Source: Halothiobacillaceae bacterium
GTDB taxonomy: Bacteria; Pseudomonadota; Gammaproteobacteria; Halothiobacillales; Halothiobacillaceae
Length of the DNA: 64,000 nt
Direction: 5' to 3'
NCBI GenBank assembly: GCA_051297135.1
Contig: JBEVAM010000004.1
Span: 2,823 to 66,822, forward strand
Below the pieces are notes generated by a model. The model searched no databases and had not been told where the DNA came from. It was given only the letters and a program-made list of their open reading frames with translations. The translations under genes were made by a program, and so were the position numbers. Below, one piece after another: positions 44,188 through 57,853 of the stretch (position 1 is the stretch's first letter; the number at the start of each line of letters is the position of its first letter).

Positions 44188-46644
44188 ATGAGCAAACACC
44201 TCATCGTGGTCGAGTCGCCGGCCAAGGCCAAGACCATCAAGAAATACCTGGGCAAGGACTTCGAGGTCATGGCTTCCTACGGCCATGTCCGCGACCTGAT
44301 TCCCAAGGAAGGGGCGGTGGATCCGGAGCACGGCTTTGCCATGCGCTACGAGCTCATTGAGCGCAACGCCAGGCACGTCGCGGCGATTATGAAACATCTG
44401 GCCCAAGCGGCCGACCTCTATCTTGCGCCCGACCCCGACCGCGAGGGGGAGGCCATCGCCTGGCACTTGGCCGAGATCGTGCGCCAGGACCCCGAGCTTG
44501 CCGCCAAGCCGCTGTACCGGGTGACCTTCAATGAGATCACCCAGCGCGCGGTGCAGGAGGCCATCTTGCATCCGCGCGACATCTCCATGGCCCTGGTCAA
44601 TGCCCAGCAGGCGCGCCGCGCACTGGACTATCTGGTCGGCTTCAACCTCTCCCCGCTCTTGTGGCGCAAGATCCAGCCCGGCCTCTCCGCCGGCCGCGTG
44701 CAGAGCCCTGCGTTGCGCCTGATCGTCGAACGCGAGGAAGAGATCGAGGCCTTCGTTGCGCGCGAATACTGGACCCTGGAGGCCCGGCTGACACATGGCG
44801 GGGTGGCCTTTGACGCGAAGCTGACCCAACTTGATGGCGAGAAGGTCGAGCAGTTCTCCATGGTGGACGAGCGTAGCGCGCATAGCGCACGCGAGCGCCT
44901 GCTCAAGGCCGCCCGCGGTGAGCTTGTGGTGCAGGGCATCGAGCGTAAGCAGCGCAAGCGCTACCCCGCACCGCCCTTCACCACCTCCACCCTGCAACAG
45001 GAGGCCGTGCGCAAGCTCGGCTTCTCCGCCAGCCGCACCATGCGCATCGCACAACAGCTCTATGAGGGCATTGCCCTCGGGGAGCAGGGCAACGTAGGCC
45101 TGATCACCTACATGCGTACCGACTCGGTGAACCTGGCCGAGGACGCCTTGCGTGAGATCCGTGGCCTGATCGCCGAGCGCTTCGGCGCCGACCAGATGCC
45201 GGCCCAGCCTGCACGCTACAAGACCAAGTCGAAGAACGCGCAAGAGGCGCATGAGGCGATCCGCCCGACCTCGGCGTTCCATACCCCGGAGCGGGTCAAG
45301 CCGTACCTCACGCCCGAGCAGTTTAGGCTGTACGAGATGATCTGGAAGCGCACCATCGCCTGCCAGATGATCCCGGCCACTCTGGACACCGTCAGCGTCG
45401 ATCTCGCCGCCAAAGACACAGGCCTTTTCCGTGCCACCGGTTCCACCGTGCGTGACCCCGGCTTCATGCGTGTCTACCGCGAGGACGTGGACGAGCCCAC
45501 CGAGGAGGACGACGAGCGCCGTCTGCCGCCGCTCGAAGAGGGCGAGCGCATCCCGCTGGTCGACATCGCCGCCGAACAGCATTTCACCGAGCCGCCACCG
45601 CGCTACTCCGAGGCCAGTCTGGTAAAGACGCTGGAGGAATACGGCATCGGCCGCCCATCCACCTATGCCAGCATCATCTCCACCCTGCAGGAGCGCGAAT
45701 ATGTCTATCTGGAGAACCGCCGTTTCAGGCCAACGGACGTAGGGCGCATCGTCAACCGTTTCCTGACCGAGCACTTCGCCCAATACGTTGACTACGGCTT
45801 CACCGCCAAGCTCGAAGACGAGCTGGACGCCATCGCGCGTGGCGAGGAGGAGTGGATACCCGTCATGGAGGCGTTCTGGTCGCCGTTCATCGAGCGCATC
45901 AAGAACGTGGCCGAGAACGTCAGCCGCCAGGATGTCGCCCAAGTGCGTGAACTCGGCCTCGACCCGAGCAGCGGCAAGCCCGTGTCCGTACGCCTCGGCC
46001 GCTTCGGCCCATTCGCCCAGATCGGCCGCAAAGAGGACGAGGACAAGCCGCGCTTTGCCGCCCTGCGCCCTGGCCAAAGCATCGCCACCATCACCCTCGA
46101 GGAGGCGCTGGCGCTGTTTACGCTTCCACGCACCCTCGGCTCCCTGCCGACGGGCGAGGAGGTGCAGGTCAACATCGGCCGTTTCGGGCCGTACGCCAAG
46201 TACGGCAACAGCTATGTCTCGCTCGAGAAGGACGACGACCCCTACACCATCACCCTCGAACGCGCCATGGAGCTGATCGAGGCCAAACGACGGGCTGAGG
46301 CCAACCGCGTCATCCAGACCTTCAGCTCCGGCATCCAGGTGCTGAACGGCCGCTACGGACCCTACATCACCGACGGCGAGAAGAACGCGCGCATCCCCAA
46401 GGACAAGGATCCAAAATCCCTAAGTGAACTAGAATGCAGGGAGCTGTTGGCCAAGGCCAAGGTAACCTCGGCGCGTGGCCGTAAGGCCACCTCTGGCAAG
46501 GGGGACTTGACCCAGGGCAAGACCACGGCCAATAAGGCCAAGACAGAGGAAGGAGCAGAAACCAAGCCCCGTGCACGCAAGAGCCCGGCAGCGGGTGAAG
46601 CCACCTTGACGCCGACCTCACGCCGCAAAAAAACGGACAACTAA
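44188..46644 (+). CDS. topA: DNA topoisomerase I
   Basis: Toprim domain (LIVVESPAKAKTIKKYLG) and active-site Tyr context GLITYMRTDS. The C-terminal region has three GR(F/Y)GPY-type repeats without CxxC zinc ribbons, plus a Lys-rich tail. Confidence 0.95.
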   Translation: MSKHLIVVESPAKAKTIKKYLGKDFEVMASYGHVRDLIPKEGAVDPEHGFAMRYELIERNARHVAAIMKHLAQAADLYLAPDPDREGEAIAWHLAEIVRQDPELAAKPLYRVTFNEITQRAVQEAILHPRDISMALVNAQQARRALDYLVGFNLSPLLWRKIQPGLSAGRVQSPALRLIVEREEEIEAFVAREYWTLEARLTHGGVAFDAKLTQLDGEKVEQFSMVDERSAHSARERLLKAARGELVVQGIERKQRKRYPAPPFTTSTLQQEAVRKLGFSASRTMRIAQQLYEGIALGEQGNVGLITYMRTDSVNLAEDALREIRGLIAERFGADQMPAQPARYKTKSKNAQEAHEAIRPTSAFHTPERVKPYLTPEQFRLYEMIWKRTIACQMIPATLDTVSVDLAAKDTGLFRATGSTVRDPGFMRVYREDVDEPTEEDDERRLPPLEEGERIPLVDIAAEQHFTEPPPRYSEASLVKTLEEYGIGRPSTYASIISTLQEREYVYLENRRFRPTDVGRIVNRFLTEHFAQYVDYGFTAKLEDELDAIARGEEEWIPVMEAFWSPFIERIKNVAENVSRQDVAQVRELGLDPSSGKPVSVRLGRFGPFAQIGRKEDEDKPRFAALRPGQSIATITLEEALALFTLPRTLGSLPTGEEVQVNIGRFGPYAKYGNSYVSLEKDDDPYTITLERAMELIEAKRRAEANRVIQTFSSGIQVLNGRYGPYITDGEKNARIPKDKDPKSLSELECRELLAKAKVTSARGRKATSGKGDLTQGKTTANKAKTEEGAETKPRARKSPAAGEATLTPTSRRKKTDN

Positions 46645-46664
46645 GCACCACGCTGAACCTGCCC

Positions 46665-47243
46665 ATGAGCATCCCATCCAGACTCTATCTCGCCCCCTGG
46701 CGTCTACGCTTTGCCGCACACTGGCTACGCACAGGGGGGATCGTGGCCTATCCGACCGAGGCGGTGTATGGTTTGGGCTGTGCCCCCACCCGCACGGATG
46801 CCTTGCGCAAGCTGCTTGAGCTCAAGCGCCGCCCATGGCACAAGGGGCTGATTCTAATCGCTGCCCGCCCTATCCAGCTTGAGCCCTTCCTCGTTCCGCT
46901 CGATACGGAGCGCGTCGAACGCGCCCATGCCCGCTGGCCAGGGCCCACCACCTGGCTGTGGCCGGCTCAACCCTGGGTCTCTCCGCTGCTGCGGGGCGAG
47001 CATCGCACCCTGGCGGTGCGCGTGCCGGGGCACCCCCTCGCCCGCGCCCTGTGTGATGCCTTCGGCGGGGCCGTGGTCTCCACTAGCGCCAACCGGGCCG
47101 GACAGACACCTGCGCGCAGTGCCCTCGAAGTGCGTCGCAAGCTTGGTCACCGCGGACTGTTCATCCTCAGCGGCCCCGTCGACCGCAAGGCCCGTCCCAG
47201 TCGCATCATCGACATCTACAGCGGCCGTGTTTTGCGAGACTAG
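46665..47243 (+). CDS. tsaC: L-threonylcarbamoyladenylate synthase type 1
   Basis: YrdC-domain motifs VAYPTEAVYGLGC and VSTSANRAGQ. 192 aa. Confidence 0.85.
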   Translation: MSIPSRLYLAPWRLRFAAHWLRTGGIVAYPTEAVYGLGCAPTRTDALRKLLELKRRPWHKGLILIAARPIQLEPFLVPLDTERVERAHARWPGPTTWLWPAQPWVSPLLRGEHRTLAVRVPGHPLARALCDAFGGAVVSTSANRAGQTPARSALEVRRKLGHRGLFILSGPVDRKARPSRIIDIYSGRVLRD

Positions 47244-47245
47244 CC

Positions 47246-51546
<4,301 letters not shown>

Positions 51547-51556
51547 ATGCACGGTC

Positions 51557-52780
51557 ATGCCTGCCTTCTCCTGGACCGCCCTCGACGACACCGGCCGCAT
51601 CCGCAAGGGGGTGACGGAGGGGGATTCGGCACGCCTGGTGCGGCAGCTCTTGCGCGAGCAGGGATTGACTCCCCTGAGCGTGGAGGAGACCGCCAAGCAG
51701 GTCCGTGCGGTGAGTGGTTCTGCGCCTCTGGCGCGATGGTGGGCTGGGCTCTCTTCGGGCGAGCTGGCGCTCATCACCCGCCAGCTCGCCACACTGGTGC
51801 AGGCGGGATTGCCGATCGAAGCAGCCCTGGGCGCAGTGGCGCGACAGAGCGAGAAGATGGCCACGCGCAACCTGATCCACGCGGTACGCTCGCGGGTCAT
51901 GGAGGGGTGCACCCTGGCCGATGCGCTCTCCGAGTACCCGCGCGTGTTTCCCGAGCTATACCGCGCCACAGTCGCGGCGGGGGAGGCATCCGGTCACCTG
52001 GACGCGGTATTGGAGCGCCTGGCGGATTATACCGAGGCACGCGAGACCCTGCGCCGCAAGATCCAGCTCGCCCTGCTCTACCCGGGCCTGCTGACCCTGA
52101 TGGCCATCGTGGTGGTGATGGGCCTACTCACCTACGTGGTACCTCAGGTGACCCAGGTGTTCCAGCACCTCGGCCAAGATCTTCCAGGCCTCACCCAAGC
52201 CCTGCTAGCGCTGTCCGGCTTTTTACGCGAGTATGGCCTCGGCCTGCTCGGCGGACTCGTCACCGGTGTGCTTGCCTTCCGACATGCCTTGCGTCGCACC
52301 AGCATCGAGCGCCGCTGGCATCATCTACTGCTGCGCATGCCCTTGGCCGGTCGACTGATCCGTGGGGTCAACACCGCGCGTTTCGCCCGCACGCTCGGTA
52401 TCCTCGCCTCCGCCGGGGTGCCCATCCTCGAGGCGATGCGCATCGCCGCCTCGGTGATGGACAACGTGCCCATGCGCGAAGCCGTGGAGGAGGCCACCCT
52501 GCGCGTGCGCGAGGGGGTAGGCATCGCCACGGCGCTCGCAGACAGCAAACTTTTTCCACCGATGACCATCCAACTCATCGCCTCCGGCGAACAATCCGGC
52601 CGCCTGCGACCGATGCTGGAGCGCGCCGCCGCCCAGCAGGAGGGTGAACTATCAGCCATCATCGCCACCGCGCTCGGCCTGTTCGAGCCGGTCCTGATCA
52701 TGGTGATGGGCGGCGTGGTACTGATCATCGTCCTTGCTATTCTGTTGCCCATCTTTGAGCTCAATCAGCTTGTGAAATAA
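51557..52780 (+). CDS. gspF: type II secretion system inner-membrane platform protein GspF
   Basis: 407 aa with two T2SSF repeats and 3 TM segments. The C-terminus is [12 protein letters not shown]. Confidence 0.92.
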   Translation: MPAFSWTALDDTGRIRKGVTEGDSARLVRQLLREQGLTPLSVEETAKQVRAVSGSAPLARWWAGLSSGELALITRQLATLVQAGLPIEAALGAVARQSEKMATRNLIHAVRSRVMEGCTLADALSEYPRVFPELYRATVAAGEASGHLDAVLERLADYTEARETLRRKIQLALLYPGLLTLMAIVVVMGLLTYVVPQVTQVFQHLGQDLPGLTQALLALSGFLREYGLGLLGGLVTGVLAFRHALRRTSIERRWHHLLLRMPLAGRLIRGVNTARFARTLGILASAGVPILEAMRIAASVMDNVPMREAVEEATLRVREGVGIATALADSKLFPPMTIQLIASGEQSGRLRPMLERAAAQQEGELSAIIATALGLFEPVLIMVMGGVVLIIVLAILLPIFELNQLVK

Positions 52781-52791
52781 GGACCTCGAAC

Positions 52792-53229
52792 ATGAACAGG
52801 CGCCTGCGACATGTTGGCTTTACCCTCATCGAAGTGATGGTGGTGGTGGTCATCCTCTCCATCCTTGCCGCCATCGTGGTGCCCAAGATCATGGACCGTC
52901 CGGACGAGGCACGCATCACCAAGGCCAAGCAGGACATCCGTGCGCTGGAGGCGGCACTGAACCTGTATAAGCTGGACAACTTCAACTACCCAACCACTGA
53001 TCAAGGGCTAGAGGCCTTGGTGCAGCCACCGACCATCGAGCCTATCCCACCGAAGTGGAAACAGGGCGGCTATATCGACCGCCTGCCGCAAGACCCTTGG
53101 GGCCATCCGTACATATACCTATCGCCCGGCGACCAGGGGCGCCCTTTTGACCTCTACTCCCTCGGCGCCGATGGCCAGCCGGGCGGTACTGGTGCAGCGG
53201 CCGACATCAGCAATTGGGCACTGGACTGA
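52792..53229 (+). CDS. gspG: type II secretion major pseudopilin GspG
   Basis: Prepilin leader ending [10 protein letters not shown]. GspG-typical DPWGHPYIY and GADGQPGG are present. Confidence 0.95.
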   Translation: MNRRLRHVGFTLIEVMVVVVILSILAAIVVPKIMDRPDEARITKAKQDIRALEAALNLYKLDNFNYPTTDQGLEALVQPPTIEPIPPKWKQGGYIDRLPQDPWGHPYIYLSPGDQGRPFDLYSLGADGQPGGTGAAADISNWALD

Positions 53230-53750
53230 TGTTCCCAACACCACGCGGTCCGCGCGAGGGCGACAGCCCGCTCGAGGGGGAACTGCTCTCCTCCCGCCGC
53301 TCGCCGATGCCTGATATAGGCGCGCGCCTCGGCCAGGCACTGCAGCTGTTCTGGTTCGTCAGCCTCGCCGCCACCGGCTGGCTGCTCTGGCTCACCCTGC
53401 GCGGCGGCCCGAGCAGCGTGCTGGACATTCTGCTCGCCCTGCTGCTGGCTGCACCCCTCACCGTGCTGACCTTGGTGATGGTCGTCCTCGACCAGCTCCG
53501 TGACCTGATGTGTCGCGCCTCGGGCGCACTGGATGCCCATCGACGCGCCGGCATGGAGAGGGGCGACCCGCGCATGGTTGCCATAGAGCTGCGCTACACC
53601 ATGGCCGAGTTACGCGACAAGGTCGGCGGCCTTGCCCTCCTGCGCTTCATGCTCACGCCGGGCTTCTTTGCCGCGGTCGGCCTGTCGGTGCTCGCCACCT
53701 TGGTCATGATCCCTGTGGCCCTGTTCACCCTACTGCTCGAGCTGTTCTGA
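53229..53750 (+). CDS. hypothetical multi-pass membrane protein embedded in the gsp operon
   Basis: 173 aa. Its ATG overlaps the gspG TGA (TGATG), and its TGA overlaps the gspH ATG (TGATG). The third codon position is strongly G/C, like its neighbours. Hydrophobic stretches are LQLFWFVSLAATGWLLWLTL, VLDILLALLLAAPLTVLTLVMVVL and GFFAAVGLSVLATLVMIPVALFTLLL. It has no prepilin motif, and I recognise no family. An alternative start is ATG 53307. Confidence 0.5.
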   Translation: MFPTPRGPREGDSPLEGELLSSRRSPMPDIGARLGQALQLFWFVSLAATGWLLWLTLRGGPSSVLDILLALLLAAPLTVLTLVMVVLDQLRDLMCRASGALDAHRRAGMERGDPRMVAIELRYTMAELRDKVGGLALLRFMLTPGFFAAVGLSVLATLVMIPVALFTLLLELF

Positions 53751-54352
53751 TGTCCCGTTTCCCTGCCCGCGGCTTCACCCTCGTCGAGGTGATGGTGGTG
53801 ATCGTCCTCATTGCGATCCTCGTCACTATGGTGAGCCTGTCCATGCGTGGCGACCGGGCTGGGGATCAACTTGAGGAAGAGGCCAAGCGCCTTACGGCCC
53901 TGCTCAACCTTCTGCGCGAGGAAACGGTCATGCGCGATCGCGACCTTGGGTTCATGCCCACGCCCGAGGGCTACCAATTCGTCCAGGCCGTGGTTCCCTC
54001 GGATCGGGTGTCCCATGCCTTCGAGGAGGAAAACGGGCAGACGTCAGTCGCCCTCAATCCCATCCCACCTCGCTCCGCCGCAACGCCTGCCTTTCTGCCG
54101 CTCACGGATGACAGTGTCTTCCGTCCGCGCACCCTCCCCTTGGGCACCGTTCTGCGCTTCGAGGTCAGTCATGCCACCCTGGTGATGTCCCCGACGAGGC
54201 CGCCATACGCGCCCATGATCCTCGCCACAACCCAAGACCTGCTCATACCGGAGGGGCGACTCACCCTCAGCCACCCTGCCACTGCGCGCGTGGCCACCAT
54301 CCGCATTCGCGCAGATGGTGCCGTCATCGAGGGCACGACCGATGGCCGCTGA
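53750..54352 (+). CDS. gspH: type II secretion minor pseudopilin GspH
   Basis: Leader MSRFPARG/FTLVEVMVV, 200 aa, positioned before gspI. Confidence 0.8.
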   Translation: MSRFPARGFTLVEVMVVIVLIAILVTMVSLSMRGDRAGDQLEEEAKRLTALLNLLREETVMRDRDLGFMPTPEGYQFVQAVVPSDRVSHAFEEENGQTSVALNPIPPRSAATPAFLPLTDDSVFRPRTLPLGTVLRFEVSHATLVMSPTRPPYAPMILATTQDLLIPEGRLTLSHPATARVATIRIRADGAVIEGTTDGR

Positions 54353-54713
54353 ACGCGGATGCCACGGTTTCACCCTGCTCGAGGTGTTGGTGGCCCTCGT
54401 CATCCTCGCCCTTGCCCTTGGTGCGCTGATCAAAACCAGTGCCGACCATGTGGCCCTGCTTGACGATCTGGATGCACGCACCCAAGGCATCCTCGTGGCG
54501 GAGAACCAACTGCAGCGTTTCCAGCTCGAGCGCCTGTGGCCGGAGGTGGGCACGCGCACGGACCATGTCGACCAGGCCGGACGCCGCTGGTTCTGGCACG
54601 CAACCTTCGAGACCACGCCCGACGCCGACCTGCGCCGGGTCACCCTCGAAATCCGCCTGCGCGAAGATGGCCCCGTGCAGGCGCGGCTAACCGGTTTCCT
54701 GGCCAGGCCATGA
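54342..54713 (+). CDS. gspI: type II secretion minor pseudopilin GspI
   Basis: Leader ...CHG/FTLLEVLVAL, 123 aa. Confidence 0.85.
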   Translation: MAAERGCHGFTLLEVLVALVILALALGALIKTSADHVALLDDLDARTQGILVAENQLQRFQLERLWPEVGTRTDHVDQAGRRWFWHATFETTPDADLRRVTLEIRLREDGPVQARLTGFLARP

Positions 54714-55339
54714 TGATGAGCGATCGAAGGCTGCAGGGCTTCACCCTGCTCGAGTTGCTGGTCGCCCTGGCCATTTTCGCCTTTCTTGGCGCGCTGGCCT
54801 ATGGCGGGCTGGCCGCCATGCTGCGCATCAGCGATGGCGCAACGAACACGCGCGAGGCCCTGGCCGCCCAGCAGCGTGGCCTGCGCATACTCGAGGAGGA
54901 CATGAGCTTCGTCCTCGACCGTCCGGTACGCGACGGCCTAGGCAGTCCCCACCTCGCCTTCATGAGCGGCCGCGACGGCGAGACCCTGCTGGAATTCACG
55001 CGCAGTAGCCGTGCCCGGATGGACCTGCTGCCCGCCCCCATGGAACGGGTACGCTACGTCCTCGAAGGGGGGAACCTGGTCCGCCAGACCTGGAACCCAC
55101 CCGATGCAGCCCGCCTGGAACCGGACTTCAGCCTCATCCTGTGGCGGGACGTGGAGTCCGTGACCCTTGGCTTCATCGACCGGGAACTGCACACTTACGG
55201 CAGTTGGCCGCCTCCCAACGTCGCCAATCCGGGCCTACCGCGGGCCGTGGATATCCACCTCAAGCCCAGAGGGCAGGCAGAGATTCGCCGCCTGATGCTC
55301 CTGCCGGAATTTCCGGCATCCACTGGGACCACACCATGA
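54710..55339 (+). CDS. gspJ: type II secretion minor pseudopilin GspJ
   Basis: Leader MMMSDRRLQG/FTLLELLVAL, 209 aa, with an ATGA overlap with gspI. Confidence 0.8.
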   Translation: MMMSDRRLQGFTLLELLVALAIFAFLGALAYGGLAAMLRISDGATNTREALAAQQRGLRILEEDMSFVLDRPVRDGLGSPHLAFMSGRDGETLLEFTRSSRARMDLLPAPMERVRYVLEGGNLVRQTWNPPDAARLEPDFSLILWRDVESVTLGFIDRELHTYGSWPPPNVANPGLPRAVDIHLKPRGQAEIRRLMLLPEFPASTGTTP

Positions 55340-56256
55340 GGCGGAAACAGTCGGGTATCGCCCTCATCACCGCCCTGCTCGTGCTAAGCATCGCCGTGGT
55401 GCTTGCGGCCAGCCTTGCCCACGAAGGGGCGCTGGCTCTGCGACGGAGCGAGAACCTGTTGCACCATGCCCAAGCCAAGGCCTATTTGCAAGGTGCGGAG
55501 GATTGGGCGCGGCGTATCCTCGAGCGCGATGCGCGCGAAGTGGATCATCTGGGCGAGGCCTGGGCCACGCCGCTGCCCCCCATCCCGGTGGAGGGTGGGG
55601 AAATCAGCGGCCGCCTGATCGATCTGCAAGGGCGGCTGAACCTCAACGCCCTGCTCACCTCAGACAACAGTCTCGCCCCATTGCACGCACGACGACTGGC
55701 TTGCCTGTTGCAAAAGGCGGGCATCGAACGCCCCGAAGCCGCACTCGACGCCCTGGCCGACTGGCTGGATCAGGATGGCGAGGTGCGTCCGCTCGGGGCG
55801 GAGGATGGGGCCTATGCCAACCTGCCCCACCCTTACCGCACCGGCAACCAACCGCTCCTGGCGATAGGGGAACTGGCCCTGATCCAGGGTTTCTCCGCCG
55901 AGGCCGTGACCTATCTCGAGACTGTGACCGCGGCCCTGCCCAAAGACGCCACCCTCAATCTAAACACCGCCCCGCTGGAGGTTTTGGCCTGCCTGGGCGA
56001 GGGGCTGACGCAGGAGGACTGGCGCGCCTTTCTCGAAACCCGCACCAAGAGTCCGCTCAAGAGGGTGGATGAACTGCTCGCCCAGGCCCCCTTCCAGGGC
56101 AAACTCGATGCCGCTGGACTGGGCGTCACGAGCCAGGTCTTTCTCCTGGAGACCGAGGCACGCATTGGCAGGATCGTAGCGCGACGCTACAGTGTTTTGC
56201 TGCGCAATGACCAAGGAGCCGTGCGCGTGCTGCACCGTTTTCAGGAGAGCCCCTGA
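55336..56256 (+). CDS. gspK: type II secretion minor pseudopilin GspK
   Basis: MRRKQSG/IALITALLVLSI, which lacks Glu+5 as is typical for GspK. 306 aa. The GspK core is recognisable (INLNTA-like NLNTAPLEVL). Confidence 0.8.
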   Translation: MRRKQSGIALITALLVLSIAVVLAASLAHEGALALRRSENLLHHAQAKAYLQGAEDWARRILERDAREVDHLGEAWATPLPPIPVEGGEISGRLIDLQGRLNLNALLTSDNSLAPLHARRLACLLQKAGIERPEAALDALADWLDQDGEVRPLGAEDGAYANLPHPYRTGNQPLLAIGELALIQGFSAEAVTYLETVTAALPKDATLNLNTAPLEVLACLGEGLTQEDWRAFLETRTKSPLKRVDELLAQAPFQGKLDAAGLGVTSQVFLLETEARIGRIVARRYSVLLRNDQGAVRVLHRFQESP

Positions 56257-57368
56257 TGCCCGTCTCTCTGATGACCCTCCGCCCGCTGGACGAAGATCGC
56301 TGCGCCTGGGTGCTCGAGACCAACGACGGGATCCAGTTTGGCGAGGCTCGATGGAGCGATCTCCCCCGCCCGTCCGAGACCACCCGCGTCCGTCTGCTCC
56401 TGCCCGGGGAGAAGGTGACCCACTCCTCGGCGCGCCTGGCCGCCCGCAATCCCAGGCTGATCGCCCAAGCCCTGCCCTATGCGCTCGAGGAACAGTTGGC
56501 CGAGGAGATCGAGCAGCTGCGCATTGCGCACGGCCCGCGTGACTCCAGTGGCCAGGTCCAGGCCCGCATCGTCCGCCGCCAGGACCTGGACCTGCTGCTT
56601 GAGAGGTTGCGTCAGAACGGTATCCAGCCGGACGTGGTCTACAGCGAGTTGGACGCACTCCCCACACCGGTCGAAGGCTGGATCACCCTGGAGTGGGGCG
56701 GGATCATGCTCGCGCGCAGCCGTGAAGGCCAAGCCCTCGCGCTTGAGCCTGAGTTGCTCACCAAGCTGTTGGGCGATGCCCCCGTACACGCCGTCCTCGT
56801 GCCGGACCATCCACTCCTCGTGCTGCACCAACACCTCGACGAGGCCCGAGCCATTGACCTGCTTGGCCACGATCGACGCGAGGACCTGCGCGAACGCCTG
56901 CGTCCCTGGCGCACCCCGGCCATTCTTGCCGCAACTGCCCTGCTGCTGCAGGGGGGACTGATGCTGCACGACATCCGCAATCTCGAGCGGCAACGTGCAG
57001 CCATGCAAGCGGAAATCGAACGCATGGCGCATGAGGCCGCGCCCGAGGTGAAGCGCTGGGTCAACCCCGTCGTCCAGCTGCGCCAACTGACCACTGGCGG
57101 CGCGACCTACCCAGCCGAGAGCGGCATGCTCGACATGCTCGCCAAACTGGCCCCCGCTCTGGCGGCCCGGCCCGACATCAAGCTTGGCCCCCTACGCTTC
57201 CAGGGTGGGACGCTCGAGGCCCAGCTCAGCGCTGCGGAAAGCGGCAGCTTCGAGGCCCTGCTCGAGACGCTGCGCAAGCGACAAGGTACTGCGGTAGAAC
57301 TGGCGGAACAACGTGTGGAGGGTGGACAGGCCACGGCCCGACTGCGGATGAAGGGGAAACGGACATGA
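56256..57368 (+). CDS. gspL: type II secretion protein GspL
   Basis: 370 aa with the GspL-typical N-terminal motif QALPYALEEQLAEEIEQL, a mid TM segment (AILAATALLLQGGLML), and a periplasmic C-terminus. Confidence 0.75.
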   Translation: MPVSLMTLRPLDEDRCAWVLETNDGIQFGEARWSDLPRPSETTRVRLLLPGEKVTHSSARLAARNPRLIAQALPYALEEQLAEEIEQLRIAHGPRDSSGQVQARIVRRQDLDLLLERLRQNGIQPDVVYSELDALPTPVEGWITLEWGGIMLARSREGQALALEPELLTKLLGDAPVHAVLVPDHPLLVLHQHLDEARAIDLLGHDRREDLRERLRPWRTPAILAATALLLQGGLMLHDIRNLERQRAAMQAEIERMAHEAAPEVKRWVNPVVQLRQLTTGGATYPAESGMLDMLAKLAPALAARPDIKLGPLRFQGGTLEAQLSAAESGSFEALLETLRKRQGTAVELAEQRVEGGQATARLRMKGKRT

Positions 57369-57853
57369 AGAACATCAGGACCTGGTGGACAGACATGGGC
57401 GCTCGTGATCGTCGTACTTTTCTGATCGGCACCGCCATCACCCTGCCCTTGCTCGGCTGGACCCTGATCTGGCAGCCACTGGACGCCGCGCGCGAGTCAG
57501 CCCGTGCAGCGCTGGCCGAGACAGCCGCTCAGCATGCAGAGGTGCGCGCCCTGGCTGCGCAGCTGACCAGGCGCGCCAAGACGGAGAGCGTTGCCGCAGG
57601 TGGGCACAGTCCTCTGGCCGCCGTCGAGGCCGTGGCCCGCGACCAGCGTCTTCTGGAGCACATCAAGCAACGCGAAGCGGAAGGCACGAATGGGGTCGAT
57701 CTGGTGCTGGAGAGCGCCCCGGCGGACGCCCTCATGCACCTGCTCGAAAGACTGGATCAACGGTATGGACTGCGGGTCGTCCAAGCTCAGATCGCCCCAG
57801 TCGGTTCCGGGCGGGTGAACGCCTCGATCACCTTGCAGCGCGGAAGGCCATGA
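57365..57853 (+). CDS. gspM: type II secretion protein GspM
   Basis: 162 aa with the N-terminal W..L..RDRR motif and one TM. Position after gspL, with an ATGA overlap. Confidence 0.65.
   Translation: MKNIRTWWTDMGARDRRTFLIGTAITLPLLGWTLIWQPLDAARESARAALAETAAQHAEVRALAAQLTRRAKTESVAAGGHSPLAAVEAVARDQRLLEHIKQREAEGTNGVDLVLESAPADALMHLLERLDQRYGLRVVQAQIAPVGSGRVNASITLQRGRP

Noticed and set aside
44173-46077. 634-aa ORF antisense to topA
   Set aside because: The same mirror-frame artefact applies. topA on the plus strand has Toprim and active-site Tyr motifs, and the antisense product has none.
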